64,000 nt of DNA from Octopus vulgaris (taxonomy: Eukaryota), in assembly GCA_951406725.2 (NCBI GenBank), contig OX597821.1:8680001-8744000 (forward strand), read 5' to 3'. Position 1 is the stretch's first letter, and each line of letters opens with the position of its first letter. The notes under the pieces were generated by a model. It did no database searches, was not told where the DNA came from, and worked only from the letters and a program-made list of their open reading frames with translations. A program made the position numbers and the translations under genes. Positions 53,724 through 64,000 of this stretch are shown piece by piece.

Positions 53724-53945
53724 GGTGTTGAACTGGCAGAATCGTTACTGTGCCGTACAAATTGCTTAGCATGATAGATCCCGACTTTATTTTCTGTGTT
53801 CAAATGCTGTCAAGGCTGGTCTTCCTTTTAATCTTTTTTGAGGTCGACTAAATAAATACTGGTTGAGAACTGGTGTCGATATGATCATCTTACCTACCTC
53901 CTACGGAATCAGTGCTCTTGTGCCAAAATTTGGAACCAGTATTTA
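53724..53945 (+). mobile_element. SINE family B, diverged
   Basis: AACTGGCAGAATCGTTA...GTTCAAAT...GAGGTCGACTAAATAAATAC. Confidence 0.75.
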
Positions 53946-56111
53946 CAACGAGAAAAAGCAGCAACAGTTACAACACAGCACCGGCGGCGGCAGCAGCAGC
54001 ATTTTCAGTTACTATAAAACATGGGTCTTAGTGAGGGTCAGATCTGTAGATGACTGTGTAAATCAAATACTAAATAATTAAATGGAGATTTGGGATTCGA
54101 ACCCTGCCACCGATGCCTGAATATATCCGTGACCAAAGCATTGAATTTACAAATGTAAGTTCGAGCAGCAAATAGATGGTGTATTATGTTTATCATAAGA
54201 TCACGAACTCTTAAGGCCGTATTAACATGTTTATCCTGGCGTACTGTGGACTGAGATGAGAACACCACCATCTTGAAAAGAATGCCAGCTCGTTCTAGGC
54301 CTAATCTCTCAGCTATTGTTGCAATTTATTTACAGCTGAATAGACTAGGGCAATGTAGAATGAAGTGTTTTTGCTCAACAACCTAACGCATCGCCCTGTA
54401 ACGAGTATAATCATTTGGCTACATGTCAATCTCCTGGGCAATGGGATCCCGGGGCTGCAATGTGCCTTCGAGCACTCGATGTTCTCTGAGTCCTGCAATT
54501 CACATAGCTTTACGCGGATAGTCATAGTATTCACCGAAGGATGAACCGCAGGAATTCCTGTCCAGTAGTATGCCACCATCTAAGAACAACTGATCAATAA
54601 CTGTAATTACAAAATAAAGAAGCTTCGTCAGTTTAAATATCCCAGTTGGGGCAGTATAGAGAAATATGATCTGCAACAGGCAGATGTGTGTTTGATAGAC
54701 TACATAAGGTTACACGACCTGCAATATATAGCGGCCAAATCAGATTTTACTATATATATTTTCTTACTATGTTGCTATAAAGCAAGTTGGATAACGTAAG
54801 TCTGAAAATAACTGGATGTTAACGGTTGGGACATTCTTTGACCTTAGATCTTCCTGATGTGGACTGAGCTAGAATTGAACAACACCAATACCACTAGCAA
54901 CAGCAGCAACATTTTAGCTTTATCTCCATACGGCCTAACAGGTTGCAGTGGAAGATATCTGACAGTATTGCTTCACATACAACAGCCCGGTCTACGTAGC
55001 CGTAGTATGTATTTTAAGTACAATGTATCATCCCTCTAAGCACCAGAAGTACTACGAACTAGAAGGATATTGGACAGAATATCTTTTTTAAAATTAGACT
55101 AATTCCTTTACTGAAGGAATTAATTAGTCTCTGACTATTGTTTTCCGGAGCCTGCCCGTCTGGTGACATTGATGCCCTTATTTTTAAGTGGAACTTGAGT
55201 ATAAAGAGCTGGAGCTGAGAGGGAATTTCATTGTATTGTAGATCCATGAGGAAAACCTCCGAGAAAAATTAGGTATTGAGATGAGATAGGGATTATGAAG
55301 TAATGAAGGATGGGCGCATTAGCTGCATACATTGATGGAAATGGTTTGTAAATTTCTCGTTTGGAGCTGTAGCAACTGTTGAGATAAACTGAAGATCTCG
55401 ACCGACTGTATGCTAGTGGTTATAATCTGTTGATGAGGTAGCCTAAAAAAATAGCGCCAGCGTAAAGTGGGGAATGGTTTTTAACTTGTGAATGTATGCG
55501 TCTTAAAGGGATTTTGAATTTGTGGGCTAGTGGTCGATCGTAGGTTTATGATGAGCGCGTTGTCAGTTGAGTCTTAAAGAAGCAGTACATTTGTGGATGA
55601 ATGTTTGGTTATAGCTTTTTGTAACTTGGTTTTACAGAAACTGAATCGTTGACGATTAACGATTGTGCTGTGATGTGAGTCGATCCTGATGGAATATCGT
55701 ATCTGTGGAACATGTAGAGGTTGTATGTATTCGTGAGTGGATCTTCAAGAAATAGTAGCAGATTTATGTGAGGCATTGTGTGTAGCGTGCTGATATGCGG
55801 ACCTTTATCAATCAGCCGAACGGCTTCTATTTTTGATGAGGTCTGTTCATGTAATGATGAGAACAAACAGGTCCTTCTATTGCTTTCGTTTGTAATGAAA
55901 AGCAATCAAATTATTACTTTGACATGAGATTTATTAGCAGCACACGAGTGAGTACGCCATTGAATAAATTATGATGACAATATAATGCAGAAATGGCCAA
56001 TGGTATTGATAATATACAGCGATACATAACAGCCAGTTGATTCACTCTGCTAACTGAGATATTACTGAGGCAATGTGTAGATAGCTTATAGGAATTGTAG
56101 AACTTACCTCT

Positions 56112-56355
56112 TCCCCATTGCTCACTCATAGGCTGGCAAATGTAGTAACTGACCTCAATCCACTGTATTCTCAAAGACTAATAGTTGTTGGAAGTGACCT
56201 GACCCAACCCTGCTCTCACAGATTAACAATTGGCTTCATGCCATTGCACTCTCACAGACTAACAATTATAGTAACTGACCTCACCCCCACTGCATGCTCA
56301 CAAACCAATGATTATAGCCGCTGACCCGAACCCCCACTACTCTCACAGGCTATTA
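56112..56355 (+). repeat. Degenerate ~45-bp minisatellite, 5-6 units
   Basis: Recurring GTAACTGACCTCA...CACTCTCACAGACTAACAATT. Confidence 0.75.
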
Positions 56356-56662
56356 AATTCTAAAAACTCGCGATCCCCCTTTCTACACTTTACTTCATCC
56401 CCCTCACCCTTTTACCCTCCCTTTCTCTGTACCCATTTCTTCTTACTCTTCACTGTCAGACCTAAACCTTTAAGTATGTCCTTTCCCTCCATTCTTCATT
56501 TCCCGATTGCACGTTCTCCTTTCTTCCCTTTTATTTCTCCTATATTCATCGCACTCCCAAGCTTTTCACTGACTTTTTCTCTGCACTTACGTATTTCTCG
56601 CTCTTCTTTATTTTGTTCTCTCATTTCTTCCGTTCATAATTTCTTCCTGTATTTACCTTTAT

Positions 56663-56770
<108 letters not shown>

Positions 56771-56773
56771 CCT

Positions 56774-56830
<57 letters not shown>

Positions 56831-56957
56831 CTCTCTCTCTCTCTCTCTCTATCTATATGTCTATCCATCCTTCCCTCTTTCTCTCTATTCGGCCCTATCT
56901 TTCTTCGTTCGTCCATCTATCCACCTTTCCATCCATTCATCCATCTCTCCCTCCCTC

Positions 56958-57008
<51 letters not shown>

Positions 57009-57259
57009 CAGACATACAGACACTTACACCCACGTGCACATACATTCACGCCATACCCCACCAACACCAACACCACTACCATCATCATTTCCACTGTCGC
57101 CACCATCGCCGCGTTTTAATCATCCTTATCAGCACCACCACCACCACTACCACCGCCGCCACCACCACCACCACCACCACCACCACCACCACCACCACCC
57201 ACCACCACCAACACCACCACCACCACCAGCAACAACAACATTAAGAACAGCACAAGTTT

Positions 57260-57830
57260 CTGAGTTAACTTAAACATGGTCACTCGACTTTTTAGAAATA
57301 GCAGTCAAATCTCTCTCACATCACTGACTACTGGACCATTTGCTTCTTTCCGAAAATTGGAAAAGACATATTGGTCATGGTTGGAACATCATTGATGAGG
57401 AATCTACTGGATAGGGGCTGACCTGGGGATAGACAATAGTAAAAACAACTACAATAACACAGAGAGCCTTTAAGGGACCACATTCAAGCAGCTAGAGATA
57501 GCAGTTAAGTGTCCTTCACATCACACAGTCTGCTCTTTATGGACGCTGGATAATATGGTTATGGTGTCCTTGTATATAAGGAATCGATGCGACAGCTATG
57601 GTCGGAAAACCCTTTGCTAATTAATCTATCTGCGAGTTAACAACAACAAAAACAAAACCGAAATGAGCTATTGTCGGAACATTTATTCTTGTCACTCGCC
57701 TGTTAGATGTAGCAGTCAAATCCCCCTCAAATCACCCTTCCAGCAACTGTCATCATGGATATTCAGCAAGAGGTAATAATTTTGTCTGGATTGTCTTTAA
57801 TCATACATCTGATTTTATCAGAGCTGACAA
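57260..57830 (+). repeat. Three adjacent diverged copies of an unclassified dispersed repeat
   Basis: Recurring TAGAAATAGCAGTCAAATC-like motif at ~57293, ~57493, ~57704, with GGGCTGACCTGGGG plus (AAC)n-type ends; relatives at ~38740-38915 and ~63805-63830 (minus). Confidence 0.6.
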
Positions 57831-57839
57831 AATACTTCT

Positions 57840-58156
57840 ACACCACCACCCACCACCACCACCACCACCACCAGACCATTTACCTCATCTCCCTGCAAAC
57901 ATTATTACCAGCACCAGCACCACCAGCACCACCAGCACCAGCAGCAGCAGCAGCAGCACCACCACCACCACCACCACCGCCACCACCACCACCACCACCA
58001 CCACCACCACCTTCACCATCACCACCACCACATCACCACCACCGCCGCCGCCACCGCCACAGCCACCACCACCACCACCACCACTACCATCACCACCATC
58101 ATAATACCACCACCACCACCACCAGCACCACCACCAGCACCACCAGCACCACCACC

Positions 58157-58187
<31 letters not shown>

Positions 58188-58415
58188 CCAAAACCACCAC
58201 CGCCACCACCATCACCACCACCACCACTATTACTACGATGATGAACACCTCCAACTCCGCAGCCATCACTACCACCCCACCGCCACCGCCTCCACCACCA
58301 CCACCACCACCAACACCACGGGTTGCACCTGCACCAATCCCATCTCCGAGCGTACCCCCACCACTACCACCGCAGCCACCACCACCACCACTACCACCAT
58401 CACCACCACAGCCAT
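57840..58415. repeat. (CAC)n/(CAG)n low-complexity block
   Basis: Direct reading; a second block at 57130-57240. Confidence 0.92.
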
Positions 58416-58736
58416 TTTATTACATCATACTCATCAATCTTTTCCTCCCTCTTCCCTTCATTCTGTTTGTTTTCCCATCGTTCGCGTTGGTTCCATCATC
58501 TCTCTTTTCATTTCAACTTTCTCCTTTCTCTTTTCTTTCTCTTTCGATTTTCCAATCAATTTTTATAAACCTTCCATCTTACTTCCTCACCCGTTCCTCC
58601 TTCTATCCTCCTCCCCCTCCCCCTCTCTCTCTTCCTCTTTCTCAACTCACCTCCACCTTTCATTCTCATCGTCTTTTGTCGGTTTCTTTTTAATTTCGCT
58701 CGATGTCAAATTTGATGGAACGCACATGTCTTCCTG

Positions 58737-58777
<41 letters not shown>

Positions 58778-59135
58778 AAACGAAAGAGCACCCATATGCA
58801 CAAACGCAGGTATATGTACACAGACAAAGCCTTAAGGTGGTTCCCCTGTGTACTTTTAAATGCACACAACCATGACAAGCTGACCTAACATTTTAACATG
58901 CACGCTCAATTACACAGACTTGCAAACAGACTTATACATACACATACCATTCATTCACTCATGCACATCTGTGTACATAATCAAATCTGTTAACAAACTC
59001 ATGCAGAATTAGCATACATATATGCATATATTCGTACACAATCACACACACATATTCACACACGCAAACACAAACACATATATATACGTATATATGTACA
59101 TGTGCGTATATATATATATAAATATATATAGATAT

Positions 59136-59170
<35 letters not shown>

Positions 59171-59349
59171 CTCGCACATTTAAAATTCTAAGTCCAGCAT
59201 GCACGTATATATACACATATATGTATACATAGATGCAGGCGTTCATATATATGTGTATGTATGTATGTATGTATGTATGTATGTATGTATGTATATATAT
59301 ATATATGTATATACATATATGTTTGTGTGTGTATATGTATATATGTATG

Positions 59350-59453
<104 letters not shown>

Positions 59454-60286
59454 TAAACACCTATCATTTCTACTACAATTGTGGGGTTTTTGTCCCATGA
59501 GCAGCCCACAAATCTTTGGGCCAAAAGGGTTCGTTCAAGGCTATATTTACAATCTATTAATTATGGCTTTGTGTACTTTGAGCCACACTCTTCCAGAGAA
59601 GAATTATGTGTGTGTGTGTGTATGCGTATCTGTGTGTGCGTATGTGCGTGTGTCTAGGCATGCATTCTTACAAATAGTTATACAGGTATGTTATTGAAAT
59701 TCCATTTGTGTATACAAAGATATGAATACGCTGTCATATTATACGCACGTTTGAAAAATAATACACATCTCTTTTATACACGTCTGCATAGACTCACGGA
59801 AATAGATATACTAGCAGAGACATGTAACCGCATTCGTAAAAATATATACACACATAAACATATACATACATATATATATGAATAATGTACACAAGCACAG
59901 TCCCACCAACAGACTCACACGCACACGCACATAGACACACGTATCATCCACAGATGTCTTGATACTCATATTGACAAGAGGGACCAAAACACAAGATGCA
60001 ACATATCCATGGTCGCGCATGTGCACACGCGTACACGTGAACAAAGGTAAACATAAACAGACAGACACACACACACTGACACACACTGACACACACGCAT
60101 ACGAATTGACATATATAGAATTTAAAGACACCAAGACGGAACTTCGAAGTCACAGTCAACCATTTCCTAGTCGAAATAAACATGCTTTTCTACTTAATTA
60201 TGCATAATACTTGATTATATGAGCGTGTATGTGTGTGTGTGGGGGGTGGGGGGGTGCACGTAAAACTCAAAAACACAAAAACACAC

Positions 60287-60324
<38 letters not shown>

Positions 60325-60389
60325 ATAAATAAATAAAACATATGCATATATACATACATATATGTACATACTTACATCTACATGTATAT

Positions 60390-60471
<82 letters not shown>

Positions 60472-60476
<5 letters not shown>

Positions 60477-60637
60477 TACAGGACACCACAAATAAACGTA
60501 GAACACAACGAGAGACGAGAACATAAAATCAAACAAGGAAACAGACTGTTTTTTTTTAAACAATGAAAAAACAGAGTACAGAACAAACAATACAAGGAAC
60601 ATTCCCCTTCATCAGCTGTACCTGGTTCGACTCAAAG
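60472..60637 (-). mobile_element. Relative of the 15294-15535 element, single arm
   Basis: Minus strand CAGCTGATGAAGGGGAATGTT...T-rich...GTCCTGTACTCA then (TA)n. Confidence 0.55.
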
Positions 60638-60651
60638 TGTGATGTGTGTGT

Positions 60652-60972
60652 GGAGGCGCAATGGCCCAGTGGTTAGGGCAGCGGACTCGCGGTTGTAGGA
60701 TCACTGTTGTAGGATCGTTTGTTTCGATTCTCAGACCGGGCGTTGTGAGTGTTTATTGAGCGAAAACACCTAAAAGGTCCACAAGGCTCTGGCAGGGGGT
60801 TCTTGCGATCCCTGCTGTACTCTTTCGCCACAGCTTTCTCTCACTCTTTCTTCTTTTGGCCTGCTCGCTTAGCCAGCGGGGTGGCGTCATTTGAAGGCTA
60901 GAACAATGCGAAGCTCATTGTGACCAGCGATGTGAGCAACATCTGATAGCCTGGTCGGTCACGGTGACGGTG

Positions 60973-60973
<1 letters not shown>
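60652..60973 (+). mobile_element. SINE family C, tail type 3
   Basis: Same head as 49118; tail ends GGTCGGTCACGGTGACGGTGA, related to the orphan tail at 13385-13448. Confidence 0.9.
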
Positions 60974-61037
<64 letters not shown>

Positions 61038-61040
61038 TAG

Positions 61041-61086
<46 letters not shown>

Positions 61087-61242
61087 AATATATATAAATC
61101 TATATATACATATTATATATATTATATATATGTATAAATATATACTTATATATATAACTATGCATGCATATATGTGCACACATGCATGCATACATGCGCA
61201 CACACACACACACACATATATACATATACATACTATATCTAT

Positions 61243-61355
61243 GGACCGACCAAAGCCTTGTGAGCGTGTTTACTAGTACTTAGAATAAGTACTAGGCTTA
61301 GAAAGGTAGTGCTCCAGCGTGGCCGCAGTGAAATAACTGTAACAAATAAAAGAAT
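61243..61355 (+). mobile_element. SINE family A, heavily deleted
   Basis: CCGACCAAAGCCTTGTGAG...AATAAGTACTAGGCTT...GTGCTCCAGCGTGGCCGCAGT. Confidence 0.75.
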
Positions 61356-61367
61356 ATATGTATATAC

Positions 61368-61447
<80 letters not shown>

Positions 61448-62942
61448 CCAAGAAAAAAGCAACATATATATATATATGGGTGAATATGAATGTATGTATG
61501 CACATATGTGTGCACTCATGTATATATACATACATATAGCTGAAAACACAGTTTTATACTGGCACAGATCACTAACCACAGACGCTTACTTGGATGTATA
61601 GTCACACATACTCACACATGGCCTCATACACACCGACACATACGCAGGCGCGTACGAACGCACACATATGCACTCAACATACATACACGCACACTGATGT
61701 ACATGAATAACCATGAGCGCATACACACTCGCTTCTTACGAAAATAGACTGGATTCATAGACGACTCTTAGACACGCGCGCTATCCAAGAAACGCACTTG
61801 ATAAACGCATGTATGCACACATTTGCATATATGCACATGCTGACACGCAGGCGCAACGTGGTCAGAGAGCTACGGTGCCCCTTTCCCAAACACACACACA
61901 GACATAGACACAAGGTGCGCATGAACATATCGTCGTGATAACGGCATATCTCCAATAACTAAAAGGCATTCATACATGCATGCTTATACAGACTGTGATT
62001 CCTTTTCCTTGCCTCACAAACATCGCAGCAGTTTTCTTGGCGTGTCGTGCGTGTGTATACACGATCGCTGGACCATTAGAAATACCATGGAAATAACGTT
62101 GCTGAAATGACGTGTGTCGGGGAATTGTAACGCTGGAAATAGTCCTCACTTCTTGTCTCTTCCTTCTACCACTGGTAATACACAACCACTACTACGTCAG
62201 GAAACGCACCTCAAACCTCTCCCCCCATACTCTATCAGTCTTCATATTTCTCCCATTGTATCTAACAATCTAACTCACTCTCGCTCTCTTTCTCTCTCTC
62301 TCTCTCTGTCTCTTTGTCGCTCTCTCTGACTCTCTCTGCCATCCCCCTCTCCTTCCCCCATCTCTCACTGCTTTTTTCTTACTTTCCTGACTTTTTCCAA
62401 TCGACAACAACATTATCGGTGGATTTTATTTAATTTTTTTTTCTGTATTGAAATTCTTCTAGTTTTATTTTCCACGTTCTTTTTTTGTTTTTTTCTCGCG
62501 GGATTTTTGCTCTGTGAAGGAGAAAGGTAGATAAACAGACAAACATACTAACAGTCAGACAGACAGACGGACAGACAAATAAATAGAGAGATAGATAGAC
62601 ACATAGATTGATAAATACAGAATCTGAGAGAGGGAGAAAGAGAGAGAGAAAGAAAGAAGGAGGGAGGGAGCGTGTTAGAGTTATTTCGGCGCGTGTACAA
62701 GTGAGACAATTTAATGTAGGCGATCGATCGCTTGCTACCTTCTGCCAACAACAATAACTATAACAAGAACAAGAACAAGAACGGCAACAACAACAGCAAC
62801 AACAACAATTACAACAGCAACACATTTCATATTAGAAAGTTGTAGAAACTAATTCACTTGCAATAACTTGTTCCTATTCACTCACGTGCTTATCCGTAAA
62901 AGAGCGAAATCTGTTATTGCTTTTTGGGCCTGACGTTTTAAC

Positions 62943-63036
<94 letters not shown>

Positions 63037-63665
63037 CATTGCTTTTTCCTCTATACTAAATTTTATCCATCGTTCCTCTAATTTTTTTTTTCAATAACAT
63101 AGAACATTTTTATTTATATATTTTTTTCCGGAAACACAAATATACTCACACATACTTATAGACAATGACGCACACGCGTGCGCAGCACTGACACACACCC
63201 ACAAACAGATACACACATACATATACGTACACATATACACACGTATTGATTTTGTACAATTAACTTTTATTAGTGCTGTGTATAAAACCAGGGAAAATTG
63301 TATTTTCGTTCGCATTTAAAAAAATAGACGTATAAACATATAAAAAAAACAAGTCCATATAAAAAAAGACAACCAAAATTCCACCTCTCACCCCAAAAAA
63401 ACAAAGTGCATAAAATACAAGCAATTAAACAAAGACCAGCATCAGTTAATATAAGTTAATAAATGTCAAGTAAGTAAAAAGTATAATTTAATAAACAGTT
63501 GATAATATTAACTGTTGAAAATATAGAGAATGGACAATATTACAACAGCTACTAAATAGTTACAATAACAAAGCAAAAACGCGTGTTCGCACACATACAC
63601 ACATATATACACACATATATCTATATATATTTACATATACTTACATCTCTCTCTTTCTCTCTCTA

Positions 63666-63748
<83 letters not shown>

Positions 63749-64000
63749 ATAGATTCAAGTATTATGGTTTCTCTGGTAGACCCTTTTTTTAAGTAGAAGA
63801 AATGGCTTAGATTTTGGCTGCTATTTCTGAACATCGGTATGTGGTGATGCATTTCTTTTGCTGACCCCTCAATATTACTATTACTAGAATTTACCGTATA
63901 ACGGTCCTGTTTTCATACCGAATTCTACGTGGTGAAATTTATTGATTACTTCGTAATTAATTAGTTTTACCCTTAATTGCTATATATATATATGTATATA

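Noticed and set aside
55100-55900. Possible very old Helitron or LINE coding remnant
   Set aside because: Only vague motif resemblance; no diagnostic motif readable

Overview
Eukaryotic, AT-rich, repeat-saturated non-coding DNA (intron or intergenic). The SINE families and the extreme (TA)n/(CA)n/(TATG)n/(TCTA)n load point to an octopus genome; this is inferred from repeat content only. I found no host gene exon I can defend, and almost all listed ORFs are microsatellite translations. The real content is transposon-derived: three tRNA-derived SINE families, Tc1/mariner elements (one near-full-length mariner and two copies sharing one deletion), a non-autonomous Helitron with an open PIF1 helicase tail, CR1-like, RTE and R4/Dong-like LINE remnants, and several Penelope-like element (PLE) remnants. 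The most notable pattern is a set of short PLE-type modules carrying minimal hammerhead-ribozyme motifs, often as foldbacks, whose 3' ends run into (TA)n tracts. The clearest is a 407-bp inverted repeat (23930-25399) enclosing a GIY-YIG C-terminus and five fixed-spacing CRE/CCAAT-like motifs. All alignments were read by eye; no searches were run.
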